From: Chiloscyllium plagiosum
Taxonomy: Eukaryota
DNA: 64,000 bases
NCBI RefSeq assembly: GCF_004010195.1
Contig: NC_057724.1
Coordinates: 6,948,786 to 7,012,785, forward strand
Direction of reading: 5' to 3'
Part shown: piece by piece, positions 1 to 12,443 of the stretch
How positions within the stretch are numbered: position 1 is the first letter of the stretch
Layout of the letters: every line of letters begins with the position of its first letter
The notes under the pieces: generated by a model
Seen by the model: the letters and a program-made list of their open reading frames with translations, nothing else
Databases searched by the model: none
Told to the model about the DNA's origin: nothing
Translations under genes and position numbers: made by a program

Positions 1-23
1 CTATTGTCTATTGTCTATTGTCT
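1..23 (+). repeat. (CTATTGT)3 heptamer repeat, probably a LINE 3' tail cut by the window edge
   Basis: Three perfect CTATTGT units at the window start. Confidence 0.6.
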
Positions 24-934
24 AATTCAATACATTTTATGGTGAATACCTTCCAGAGATTTGGAACACGGGATTAGGAGCAAAAGGTCCATTCAGTTGA
101 TTAACTAATCAATTAACCCAAATCACTTTAATTACTTGTTGATTAAAGCATTCCTCTCTTTAAAAAGGCCCTTTGAAGATGTAACAGAAAACTTAAGCAA
201 AGCTAATGAAAATTATGCAAAACGATATATTTATTTCACTGGAGCTCAGTTGGTAAAAGAACTGGTATTTAACCCGACAGTCTGGGATTCAAGTCATAGT
301 CTGGGTGCAATTTTGGCCACCGCCCTGTATTTATTTCACAATCTATCTCTTAGCTCATGAATACAACTGAGCAGTAACATTTCTTCCATATCCAATATGA
401 CACAATCAACCTTCCAGATTTACCTGATTTCTTTAAATAAAAGAGAGTCGGTTTAATTACAAAGCTACTGAAACAAAAATTGATTTTTCATTTCCATGCT
501 CCTATGCCTCCTCATCCATAGCTGATTGAAGATGTCTGATAATCTTTTGAAGTGGGCACTATCTTTTACTAAGCCATGGACTGGATTGTCCAAGGAGTAG
601 GAATCTCACTTGGGTCAGTTCTTGTGGGGAGGTAACTGTTGGGACCAAGTGTCTGTTTGGTAGTGTGGGCTGGGGGTGTGTGAGGTAAATATGGGGTCAT
701 TCAGGAGTTAAACTATGTACTTAATAGTCTACTGAGTAACATTTTCATTTAATTTCATTAGAACCCTCTGATGTCTCCAATTTAAATGGCAATTTTTGGA
801 GGGTTCCAGACGTAAAGGAATGTCCACAGGAACATTCAACTTCCGAGGCCATTCCTTCAGAGAGAGCTGCAGTGGAGATTCTGCAGATTGAGTAACTGCT
901 TAATCAGTACCAATTACCCTCAAGGAATCCCTCC

Positions 935-2970
935 CAATAGCTTGGTTGCCAGGCTGTAATATCACTGTTTCTCTCATCATTACCTCTAACCTTATCCAAA
1001 TATTTCCAGTCTCTGCTCTACTCTTTGGTTACATATCATACGCACTTGTTAAGAACGATGGCCTTCCATGATTCACAAGCCTTTTGCACTTGCTTTAAAA
1101 CTTTAACCTGAAAGGCATCCTTTCTCCCTGTAGTAATTGTCGTCTTTTCATCAACTGAAGGTTGATCACTCATTACTGCTCTCTCACTTACTATGTTGAC
1201 TAATAATAAACTGAAATGGACTGTGGCCACCAACCATGTCACAATCAGTTCTTCACATGGATTCATCATTCCTGGCAAATTACTAATTTATATCTTGATT
1301 CGTCCAACAGGATTTTGTGAAGCATCTAATCTATTACCACATGATTTCTTTCACACTTTCTTTGAGTAAAGAGACTTTGGACTGTGGCCTTCATTATCAC
1401 AATGTTCATATCTTCACACATACTCCTAAATTAATCAATGACAAATGCATGGTCAGTTAGAAATTTGACTGATGGTCCCCAGTCAGGTCACTATCCATTT
1501 CACCATTACCTTGTCTGCTATTATTACATTTCTCTTTATTGTATATTATGTAGACTGACTAAATCTAGTGACCAGGTCTACTAAGTTTCAGGTTAAAACA
1601 GTTTCATCCTTATCCCTTACCTTCTCATCCATTGCTACAAGTTCTTATTAATGGGAACATTACAATGGACTGTTATGGTATCCACCTATATCTTTTATAT
1701 ATATTGCCAACCTCTTCTAGATGTTTAATGTGATTATCAGCCCTTATTCCTGCACCCTTCAGTAAGATCTACAACCTGTAAGAAGATGGATGGGCAAACT
1801 GCCAGTGTCGTTTCAAGTTAATTGGATGTCTTTTCTTTTAGAACTCCTATGCTGTGATGTCAATAACACCTGCTTACTATGTTGATTAGAGAAGTTAGGT
1901 CTTGTTAAAGGAATACAACAAGGACTGGAACTGTATAAACTGCAAATCTATTAACTTCTCAAAAACAATTGTCTTATCATGTTTCCTGCCCAGTTTCATT
2001 TAAGTGTTTTTCATTGATGGCCTGTTCAACACTAAGGGCATTTCACTGATAAAGTGCTTTACCCTAACTTTGTAACAGAGAATCACCACACGCTTAAGCG
2101 ATTAAAGCAAGTTTAAACCAATAGTAGGTACTACTCTAAATTCCTTAACTTTACTTTGGCCCTTACTATTTAAAGAATCAAAGTGATACTATAATCAAAC
2201 TACTCCACACACTGTAGATGTGCATTTGACAATAAATTTGAATGAATGTACATCTAAAATATTAAATACTGGGTGGAAGCTTCTTGTAACAAGCTCATTG
2301 TTTCTGCTTAATCAGTGTCACTATCCCCTCTTCCCAAATAATCTGTATCTTGAGTGTTTTCAGAAATCTTGTTATGCCATTTAAAACAATTCATTGCATA
2401 ACTGTGTTTTGAGTCACATCATAAGCACTTATAAGCCATTTCCCAGGGATTTCTGGGGTTCATTATTTTGTTATGGTTCCCTGTTATGCATTCTAATTGC
2501 CTAAGGCAACTCTATTAGGCATGATTTTCCTTTCACATTGATGTTTTCAACCTCTACATGTGCTCTCTGTCACACTGAATCCTCCATTTCTTCAACTAAT
2601 GTCAAGCATCCCATTTAAGTCATGAGAGCCTCTGGGGATGAATATTTTTCCAAGAATTTTTTAAAGCTTCTGAGATCTGTTCCAAATCTCTTGTTTCTTT
2701 TGGAAAGTCTGACTCTAGTTAATACTGAGAATTGACACCTTAGCACAATCCAACAATTAAAGGCAAGCACTGAATAAGGAATTTCCAAGCAGTTTTTGTT
2801 TGCAATCTTGTTTCTAGCCTGTTAAATTCCATTACATGTCCTTCTACAGAATAGCCATAATACCTTCTAAATTTAACAAACTCTAATAATAATTAAATGG
2901 ATCATCTTTCTTATTCATTTTGCCCATACGTAATGTCCACACGTTTTGTCCAGAAATAACATCCTGACAT
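935..2970 (-). mobile_element. Degraded Copia-superfamily (GalEa-like) LTR retrotransposon internal region: gag-protease-integrase
   Basis: Manual minus-strand translation with stops and frameshifts. Gag: MGKMNKKDD..FVKFRR..MEFNRL..LEIPYSVLAF.LLDCAKVS..ALKKFLG; knuckle NPRN..KCL*CDSKHSYAMNC. Protease: CTSTVCGVV*L..SLKRVVILC. Integrase: LKRHWQFAHPSS..LLKGAG, VAMD.KV..LVDLVTRFS, KFLTD..FRSMCEDMNI..KCERNHVVID, GHSPFQ, DWKYLDKVRGND. Integrase directly follows protease (Copia order). Confidence 0.75.
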
Positions 2971-5970
2971 TTTGCACTTTTTTGTTAACCAACTGTTCAA
3001 CTGATAGAGATTCAGATTTCTAGGCTTTTGACTGAAAAACCAACTTTTCACCATCCCCTAATATCAAAGTTATTTTGGATCCTAGAGACTTTCTAAGACA
3101 GATACAAGATGCCTTTCCTCAAGGATGGAGTTTATTAACTACTCGGTCTTACTTTTCTAAGAGGGTTCTTGCACACACCCGAACATTGTTATTCGCCATC
3201 ACTGAATCTCTCGTGTATTTTTTTCAACTATTAACCTCAACCAATAAATCATTCATGTTTTCCAACTGATCAATTTACATAGAAAGACCATTTGTGCAAT
3301 TTGGATCATCAAAGAGGGAGCGGGCCTAAATCAGAATGGATTTGAAGGGGATACGTAAACTCCCTTCTGAGGACCACATGGAAGGAAAATGAAAGAAGAT
3401 TTTGACCCACTTATTTATCACCTGAACCATTGGGAGCAGAGCATTTTTCACTTGAGCTATTTTCTAATTGACTTTCAGAGATGTCATTACACCCCTCTGG
3501 AGCAGGAAGGACTTGAACCCAATCCTCTGAAGACCCCTATCATTTTCCATTTTAAACAGCTCCGTTGAACGAGTACCAAGAGCCATCTTTAAAAAGGGAT
3601 GTTGGGCTCCAGGTGAAGCTGACAAGTAAGGTCACCGGTGGCCAGCAGTACTAACTGTCCTTGTATGGCCAGGGGGAGTAGGAGTTTTGCACTGAATCCT
3701 ACAAGGGAGGCTTCCAAATCATGTGATTCCCCAGGGAGTGTGTACAGCATGCAATATACCCTCAACTGTTGTCAGCAGGCAACACCACCACTGTGCGATT
3801 TTCCTTCATTTGTGACCAAAATAGATCAGATTTTAATGAGCTTTTTTCTCCCCTTCTTTCTTGGATTGTGGGTCTTTCTGGCAATTTGCTGTACATCTCT
3901 AATTCAGCTATCTTCAGAGGACAGTTAAGAACCAAGTTGCTGTGTATCTGGATTAACGTACCAGCTAGACTAGGTAAGAGGGACAGGATTTACTTTTCTG
4001 TACAAGTCATTAGTATGCACACTGAGGACAGTTTTACACTCTGGCTTTTATGAATTGAACTGAAATTCCATTGGCTGCTATAAACTTTGTTTCCAGACCA
4101 TAAACCCATGGATTGTAAATCCTATAATGCCACTTTCCCTGTATTTGCATGTCTCTTATTGCAGAAGTGATTTGATGTATCGGGATTTCTTGGTATGGAT
4201 GTAATTGTCCAGGAAGCAGGGTCAACGCCCTGAGGCATCTTTTCTGATCTTGATTTCAGCAAGGGCGGATAATGGTGTTTTCATGGAGAGGCCACAGTTT
4301 AATGGCTATGGGCTCACCTTCCCACAGTCCTCTGTCTCAAATCATGTGATGCCTATGGAAGGTACCAGCAGATAATCAGAAATTCTGTATCAGCAGGAGA
4401 GCAACTCATGTTGTCTTGAAAAATGTGAGAACCATTGTTTTTAGGTAAGGCTAAGAGTATTGGTGGTTTTATCTGGGTCTGGAAGTGTTAATACTGACGA
4501 TTGTCATAAGCATTACCTAAATGATGATATTATATGGTCTCATGGGTGGAACAGTTTAGGATCCTGAGGGAGTGAGACCAATCATCTAAATCCTTCCTAA
4601 AGTATCTGTAACAACATCTATTATATCAGTGTAATCTGTAATGAGTTGTTAATGTGAAATAAACTATAGCTTGTTAATTACAAGAGACTCTTCTAATTAG
4701 ATCAGGAAATTATTATTTTTGTCTCTACTACACAAGACAAACATTCTCTGCGGTTTCTGATATTTAAGAAAGATGGTGGCACGCAGTTTCAGCAACTCAT
4801 ATGGCATGCTGAGCTGGCATGTCAATAAAGCATTGTGGCGGTGGTGTGGGTTTGTGTTCACTGCTCATACTACAAATGGTGAGCAGTGTGGTGAGATCTT
4901 CAGACTCATCTTGAAGCCACCTGCTCAGACAGTATGACAATTAACTCGTCATTCCAGAGTCACTTGAGCAAGTTGTCCGAGGGAAGCAGGGAATTACCAA
5001 GTGCAGAATCAGACCTCAGTCATAGGTGTGGTGACCCAGGCAGTGCATTCCAGATCACCATCAACCACTGCGTGGAAGATTTTCCTCAAATCCTCTTGAA
5101 ATCTCCTGCCTTTCATTTTAATATTACACCCACTTCTTATTGACCCTTTGAATAAGGGTTAACAAAAACTCATTGGCGCCTCCTATTCCTATTTAACAGG
5201 TTCGAGCAATTGAATGGCTTCCTCCTGTTTCTCTAGAACAGGATTGAGAGGTTGAACAATCTCCTTTACGTAAAATAAAAATTCATGGATTAGGGGCATT
5301 ACTAATAAGGATGTCTTAGTTATAATTGCATAACTGCTCTTCATAAGGTGGTGGTGAGCTGCAGTCTATCCGGTGCTATTGGGAAGGGGTTCCAAGATTT
5401 TGACACAGCAACAGTGCGGAAATGCTGATATACTTTCAATTCATAATGGTATATGGCTGGGAGATGAACGTGCAAGTGCAGGTGTTTCAATACATCTGTT
5501 ATCCAGGAGGTTTGATTCACAGGTTTGGAAAGTACTGTCACAAAAATCTTGATAAGTGATTGCAGCCCATTGTGTGTCTGGTACACTTTGTTGGAGCTAT
5601 ACATCAGCGATGGAAGTGAATGTTTCCATTGATGGATGGAGTCTTGAGCAAATGGACTGCTTTGCCCTGGATAATGCTAGGTATTTTCTGAGTGTTGTTA
5701 GAGCTACAGTCACTTAAGCAAGTCAAAAATATTCCATCACACTCCCGATTTGTGCTTAATAGATAGTGGATAAGCTTTGGGGAGTCAATAGGTGAAATTA
5801 CTCAGTGCAGAACTCCCAGCCTCTGATTTGTTCTTGTAACATCACTATTTAAATGGCTGGTCTCAGTTTGGTTTCTAGGAGAAAGTGAGGACTGCAGATG
5901 CTGGAGATCAGAGCTGAAAATGTGTTGCTGGAAAAGCGCAGCAGGTCAGGCAGCATCCAGGGAACAGGAT

Positions 5971-6006
5971 AATCGACGTTTCGGGCATAAGCCCTTCTTC
6001 AGGAAT
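5971..6006 (-). ncRNA. Minimal type I hammerhead ribozyme motif (PLE family A)
   Basis: Reverse complement reads auuc-CUGAAGA-A-GGGC-UUAU-GCCC-GAAAC-GUC-gauu. Confidence 0.75.
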
Positions 6007-6162
6007 CAGCATGGAAACAGACCCTTTGGTCCAAATCATCCATACCAACCAGATATCTTAAAATAATCTCGTCCCATTTGCCAGGATTTGGCCCATATCC
6101 CTCTTAACCTTTCCCATTTATGCCCATCCAGATGCTTTTTAAAATGTTGTACTTGTACCAGC

Positions 6163-6197
6163 CTCCTGAAGAAGGGCTTATGCCCGAAACGTCGATT
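6163..6197 (+). ncRNA. Minimal type I hammerhead ribozyme motif (PLE family A)
   Basis: CUGAAGA-A-GGGC-UUAU-GCCC-GAAAC-GUC. Confidence 0.75.
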
Positions 6198-6577
6198 CTA
6201 CTGTTCCTTGGATGCTGCCTGACCTGCTGCGCTTTTCCAGCACATTTTCAGCTCAGTTTGGTTTCTCGTCAACATTAGCCCCAGAGTGTTGATAGTGGAA
6301 GATTCTTTGATGTTAAAGCCACTGAATGTTGAGGGATGATGTTTGGAAAATCTCTTGTCAGAGATGGTAATTACTTAGTACTTCAATGTTACTTGGTACT
6401 TTTCAGCGCAAACCTGGGTTTTGTCCAGGGCTATGTTGCATTTGGACATGGACTGCTTCACTGTCTAAGGAATCACAAATGCTGCTGGTTATTGCACAGT
6501 TGTGAACATCCCCACTCTGACCTTATGATGGAAGGAAACAGCTGAAGATGATTGGGCACAAGACTTTATCTTCAGGA

Positions 6578-6700
6578 CCACGGGGCTTTTGTGGTGCTGT
6601 GGTAGTGTCTCTATCTCTGGGCCAGGAGACCCAGATTAAAGTCCCACCTGTTCCAAAATTATGTAGTAATATCTCTGAGCAGGTTGATTAGGAAAACATC
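6578..6700 (+). mobile_element. tRNA-derived SINE head of a second SINE family; related copies at about 3478-3530(-), 11555-11670(-), 50255-50360(+), 60950-61080(+)
   Basis: A-box-like TGGTGCTGTGGT and a degenerate B-box; similar motif order in the other copies. Confidence 0.5.
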
Positions 6701-6750
6701 TACCTTAAGGAAGTCCTGCAGTGATTGTCTGAAATTGTGTTGATTGACAT

Positions 6751-6966
6751 GTGTGTGGAACGAGCTGCCAGAGGTAGTGATGGAGGCTGGTACAAGTGCA
6801 ACATTTTAAAAAGCATCTGGATGGGCATAAATAGGAAGGGTTAAGAGGGATATGGGCCAAATCCTGGCAAATGGGACGAGATTATTTTAAGATATCTGGT
6901 CGGCATGGATGATTTGGACCAAAGGATCTGTTTCCATGCTGTGCATCTCTACGACTCTGACTCTAT
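6751..6966 (+). mobile_element. CR1/HER1 LINE 3' end fragment
   Basis: WNELPEVV..AGT..FK.HLD coding end, 3' UTR and GACTCT-type tail. Confidence 0.85.
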
Positions 6967-7225
6967 AACCTCAACCATACCCATTTCTACTAATAATGAC
7001 TCTAACCAATGAAAAGCTTATCCCAACTCCCAATGACTTGGTTTGCTCATGTCCCTTGATAACACACTTGACCAAATGCTGCCTTGGTATCAGGAGCAGT
7101 CTCTCACCATGCCTCTTCCAGTTCAAAGTTCATATTTGGTTCAAGGCTGTTGGTATGAAGAAGCTTGATAGTTATGAATCATTGGAGCATTTAAATATTG
7201 AAGGTCTGTGTGGAAATGAATTTAT

Positions 7226-7315
7226 TGCAAGTTTGCTATACCTAGCACATAATTTCTTTAAAAGTGGTCATGCAAGTTTGCTATACCTAGCACATAATTT
7301 CTTTAAAAGTGGTCA
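7226..7315 (+). repeat. Perfect 45-bp tandem duplication
   Basis: TGCAAGTTTGCTATACCTAGCACATAATTTCTTTAAAAGTGGTCA at 7226-7270 and 7271-7315. Confidence 0.95.
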
Positions 7316-8229
7316 TTGAAGGTTCACTCCAGACATTGGAAAGATTTTTCAACAAGGTTTCCTAAAAATCATATGACTGGTGATAACTGCTTGCTTTATT
7401 GTAGACCCTGCCGGAGCTGATCGAATACGAAGTGGTTTGGAGAGCTTTTAGTTTTATCTTGTTGACTTGGAAGAAAGCTCGCTATGAACAAGCTGCCCAG
7501 CTGTTCCCGCCCAATTCTGGAAAGAAAATCCTCAACATCAGTTCAAGGTGAAACCTGTCTCTCCTTTTGAAGAGTGACTGAATAAACGTCACAAAATTAA
7601 ATTTCCTGAACAAGCTGTTTCTGTAAGACTTCAGAGACACAGTTACACTCACCAAAACATCAGAACAACAGGCTCTGGAATGTTCTGCTTAATGTTTCAA
7701 CATTTAAGAATAACCCACTAACCCCCGGTTTTATGGATATTTGGGCAATTTTCCACATTACTAGATAAATGCCAATATTGTAGCTGGTCTGGAACAGCTT
7801 GACTAGTTGCACACCAAGTTCTGGAGAAGACGCCTTTAATACTATTGCCAAAATGTTGTCGGACCCCATAGCTTTTGCAGTATCCTGTGCTTTCAGCCAT
7901 TTCATGATATCACTTTTAGAGTTAATTGATTTGGCAGACAGGAGGATGAAATGGATCGTCCACTCAATATTTTTTGACTGAATATGCTTGCAAATGCTTC
8001 AGCCTTGTCCTTGCACTGATGTGCTCGACTTCACCATTATTGAAGATGGAGATATTTGAAGACTTTTCCTCCCATTAACTGTCTAATTGTACATCAGTGT
8101 TCACAACTGAATGAGGCAAAACTGATCAGTTTGCCAATGGGTTTGCATATTCCGAAGTAACTGGCAGAATAATGGGTCAAATAGCGTCCATTCTACGGAT
8201 ACACTATTTAATGAGTATTTATTTGATGA

Positions 8230-8570
8230 GGGCAACACGGTGGCTCAGTGGTTAGCACTGCTGCCTCACAGTGCCAGGGGCCCAGGTTTGATTCCAGCCT
8301 CAGGCGACTGAATGTGTGGAGTTTGGACATTCTCCCCGTGTCTGTGTGGGTTTCCACTTAGTGCTCCGATTACCTCCCACAATCCAAAGATGTGCAGGTT
8401 AGGTGGATTGTTATGCTAAGTTGTCCCATAATATCTAGGGATATGCAGATCAGGTGGATTAGCCATGGGAAATGCAGGGTAACAGGGATGGGGGAAGGTC
8501 TAGGTGGGATGCTCTGAGGGTCATTGTGGACTCAATGGCTGACTGACTGAACACCCTAGGGATTCAATGA
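8230..8570 (+). mobile_element. HE1-type tRNA-derived SINE
   Basis: Head GGTGGCTCAGTGGTTAGCACTGCTGCCTCACAG with B-box GGTTTGATTCC; body TGTGTGGAGTTTG.ACATTCTCCCC; CR1-like tail. Confidence 0.88.
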
Positions 8571-10361
8571 TTAATGAGAAATTGAAATTCTCAACTATTT
8601 AGTAATGATATTTAAACTAGACTAGTTTTTAACAATAAGATGCAGCACTGCTAAAAGATCACGTAGTCTGATAAAAACATCTCCACATTTAGAAACTCAA
8701 AAGGCTAATAGATCCAACTTGACTACTTCCCAATCCACACCATTTATATTCTGATGCATAAACAGTTGATGGCAAAACTTCAGTTCTTTTTCACGAGACC
8801 AGAATGTTTGATGTGCAGACAGTTGGAGTAATGAAGAGTTAAATCAAACCAGCTTACCCCTGGGAGGAGCAGTGAATACACAGAGACACAGAAATTCCTA
8901 TCACTTCATAGCACAGAACAAATCTCAGAGAAGTGGATGGAAGAGACAGTTCTGTCTGCCAGCAGCTACTGGAATTTAGATAAAATACAAGGTCACCTTG
9001 AGAGAATAATTGCTGCCAATCTCCTGCTTAAGACTTGGAAGAGTGTGAGCTGTTATATATACAGCTTGACTTTAGGTAAATGCACACAGAAGATTGTCAC
9101 CTTGGTATGGCTGATGGAGGAACAAATGAAGCCCAGCATGACAAAATTTAAAGAGGGAGAGGGGAAGGAGTTTGAGGAACTGGCAACACCTAAGCATATT
9201 GTCTGAAGATGTCAGCCTGATGCCCATCCAATTTCAGGAAGACAGTCTTACCTGCATGAGAAAATGATAGAACTCCTCTATCCTTTGTTGTTACTACCAC
9301 AAAGCATTTTACTTTCACCAGTGAGGAGAAACTGAGTCTTAACTTAGCATCACATCTGAAACAAATTATATTAGGATCAGATCTCAATTGTTGATAGTCC
9401 ACATCTAGTTGATAGTCGTTAATTATCAGTATTCAATATAAATATATACAGGGATGATAAGAAATGACATCTCCTGAACTCTACAGACTCAGGTCCCAAG
9501 CCCATGTGATCAAATATGGCTCCCTACACACATGCTCAGCAGCTATTATTAAAGTTACCCCCATATTCTGCATCTCCCTCAAAGTTCACTCTTCCCCCAA
9601 ATTGTTAACATTATTAACTATTTACAGATTCTGTCCAACTCATGGGTCTGACCAGCCCCTCCAAGCCTCTTTGACTGTGAGCTCAAGCGCCCAGAGAGCT
9701 CAAGTGCTCTCTGCTCATTTCAACAACATAGAGGTGATATTTAATCCCTTATCATTTCTCTGAAAAGCAAAGTATGGAGTGGAATAGCTCCTTCATGATC
9801 TCTGACACTTATAATGGCCTTATTGTAATGGCATTGAAGACTAGTGAAGGAAAACCTGATACAAGACACAAAGCTCCAAGACCCAAACTTCCTGAAGAAG
9901 GAGCCAACAGACTGGAGTTTGAATTCTGCTTTCCCCTTGAGTGGCGACTAGTTTAACTCAAAGAAAAAGTGAATCACTTTCAGTTTCAATGAAAAATGTC
10001 ATGATTATACTGTGCATGGCAAAAGAATCATTCAACACTGTCTCCAGCAACAGACAAAAGGAAGACTGAAGATCACTCTAAAGTCAATCTGCAGATGGAG
10101 AAATGTGGGCATCACTGCTATTTCTTGGCTCAGTATGTCTCTCTCTATGAGTAATGTTCTCACTTGCCGCAATTCAACATTGCTCCTCTGCTCATAAACA
10201 ACATGTTGGCAACTTCACCTAAAAGTAGGAGTGCAATTTAAGTTCACTTTTGTTTCCATCTCTGTCTTCGAAAGGATATAACTGCTGTGATGTTGAGCTC
10301 TGCGATGAACAAAGACTTGCTTTTCCAGGGTAGTCTCCAGTGCATTTCCAGCAGCTTAGAT

Positions 10362-11013
10362 CCAAGATGGCAGAGGAGTAGAGCTCCTGAGCTGGAGCTT
10401 GTCTGCCCCGACCGCTGTTCATTCTTCTTTTCTCACTTTTGTTGCTCTCTTTTCCTTTCAGTGTTTGTTAGTTTTCTTGTTCTCTCGGCTTACCTTCTGA
10501 AGGCAGGTCAGTCGTGGAGGCGATGGCAGCGGCTGGGGGCTCAGAGCAGGGTCTTTGCCGGTTCACCATGAGGTGGTTGGTGTGTCTGGGTATTGCTCTG
10601 GCATTTGGAGGCACCATGAAAGCAGCGTCAGAGTGGAATGTTGGCAGCCTGTTGCGAAGCGGTTGGTAACCCGGGATGGTGGTCAGCGGTGAGTCGGGGG
10701 GGCAAGGGGATTGCGAGATCAAGCCCAGTGCGGGGGACAGATTGCGCCCTTGAGGGGAAAGCCCAGTGTGGTGCGACTACAGGCCCATGACTAAAGAAGG
10801 ACTGTCATTTGGAACTTTTAACATTATTTTTCATTTCCTCTTTTATGCTGATAAGAACTGTAATACTGAACTGTTATTTCTTCAGTTTTCTACTTTTTAA
10901 CCTAAGATTTTGTACCAAGGGAGCTACGATGACACCCATCAATGGCAACATTGTGAACTTGTTACTGCACTTGTTACTTGAGTATGCATCACAGTAAAAC
11001 TTAATTCTAATTC
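10362..11013 (+). mobile_element. Putative non-autonomous retroposon (CAAGATGGC start, GC-rich middle, T-rich 3' part, LINE-like tail)
   Basis: Shares blocks with 44735-45960 (GTCGTGGAGGC, GGCC.ATGACT.A.GAA.GGA, CTAAGATTTTGTACC, CTTGAGTA). Its 5' part resembles the reverse complement of 62530-62640. Confidence 0.55.
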
Positions 11014-12443
11014 TCAATGTAAAGTAAGATTGCAGTTCTCTCTCTCTCTTTCTCTCAAGAGTATCATTTGTTGATTGTAACAGAATGTTTTCCTCACAGT
11101 GATCTTCAAGTCACTGAACACTATTTCAGTGAGAGAGAGGCTTTCTTCACCATGACAACCTTTCTCTCAGGAATCATTTTCTCAATAGCACTGATGGCCT
11201 TTGCAAAGGATCTATGGAAATCTTATGTCATGTATGTGACTGCTAATATCTGGGCTTTCAGTTCAGCATCAATTTTAGATCATTAGATTTTTCTAAATAT
11301 TGTTTAATTTTAATGTATTCACACTCCAATTGATGCTTAGCTAGTCTAATGTTCTCTGCAGCTCTCGAAACCTAAATGTTGGGCCTTTGCTCTATTTTTT
11401 AAATACCCCCCTAATTATTTCCACAGCTTCGTGATGGAATTCAATTGCAGACTTCCACTGCTATTTATTAATAATTTCTTAAAATCCAATACATAATACC
11501 TGACCCAGTTTGGACCTGTATCTCCTTTTCCATGGTCACTGACTAGGCAGTTATTGAACCTATTTTTCCTAATAAACCCATTCAGAGATGTTATTACACT
11601 CCACTGGAGCAGGTGAGACGTGAACCCTGGTCCAGGGGGAGGGACTCTGCCACTGTGCCACAAGATGGCCCTTAATTTTCTTTTTTACTTAATCTATTTA
11701 TTCAATTTGCCTGGTCAGAGATATTATTACACTCCTCTGAAGGAATGGCCCACGTTGGGATCAAACCCACAATTGAGCTAACCTGCCAGTTGTTGAGTTA
11801 CCTCTCAGTGGGTTGTTTCTCAGATTTGCAGCTTTTCTTTTATGAAATGAATCACATTCATTTTCATCTTTTGCTGTATTGAAGTGTTGCGTACAATTGC
11901 TGTCTGCTTATAGAGGTTGGACACTACTCATGCTGCTCAAAGCTTTGATGCTCATGATTCTGTGGTGAAGACCTGAGCCTTATTTCATGCGTTATTGAAG
12001 ATCCCTTTCTGACCCCATGACACTTGACCTCTGAGATATTTGTGGCATCTTGCTGAGTGACCACATTGCTGAAATTCAGTTTATCTTTGTTTGTAAGCTC
12101 CAGGGCCTATAGAGGTACAGCTCCAAAATTTCACTCTCTTTCTGTTTCCTAAGTCCTATGGGCTTCTTCCAGGCTCTTACTGTTGCTATTGTTCTCTGCC
12201 TCTAGTGGATTGGTGAACTAAGCCAATAGATTTACCTCTTTGTTACCTTGTTTCACAAAACAGTGAGTCTCCTCAAAAGAGGTAACAGAGACTTCACAAT
12301 CAATGGCAGTGGAGTCAAAGGGTATAGAAAGATCAGCGGCTTCTGTTATCTGCAGTATCTTCCTGCAGTTCTATGAATGGAGCTTCTGCAATGGAGACTG
12401 ATTCATACCTCAGTGTCTTGGCAAGCTGCTGAGTGAAGAAGAT

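Larger units (their letters stand above)
5877..6251. mobile_element. Fold-back Penelope-like insertion with two hammerhead arms around a captured CR1 segment
   Basis: 15-bp TSD CTCAGTTTGGTTTCT at 5862-5876 and 6252-6266. Arms 5877-6006 (minus) and 6164-6253 (plus) are inverted copies. Middle 6007-6166 is an inverted copy of 6782-6941. Confidence 0.85.
5290..8135 (-). mobile_element. Old fragmented non-LTR retrotransposon (RT fragment plus 3' end), interrupted by younger inserts
   Basis: ORF 7660-7905 reads KAMGSDNI.AIVLKASSPELGVQLVKLFQTSYNIGIY..WKIAQI, a LINE RT N-terminus. The same 3'-end family recurs at about 14010-14430, 22280-22610 and 39700-39925. Clade not resolved. Confidence 0.6.

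Noticed and set aside
235-310. tRNA-like stretch (AGCTCAGTTGGTA...GATTCAAGTC)
   Set aside because: Stems pair poorly and the B-box is mutated; at most a decayed tRNA-derived SINE head, not a tRNA gene.
7226-7315. Coding significance of the ASLLYLAHNFFKSGH repeat in ORF 6996-7319
   Set aside because: By-product of a perfect 45-bp duplication in repeat-derived DNA; a recent event or an assembly artefact.
8230-8300. tRNA gene calls for HE1 heads
   Set aside because: The A/B boxes continue into the SINE body and LINE-like tail, so these are SINEs.
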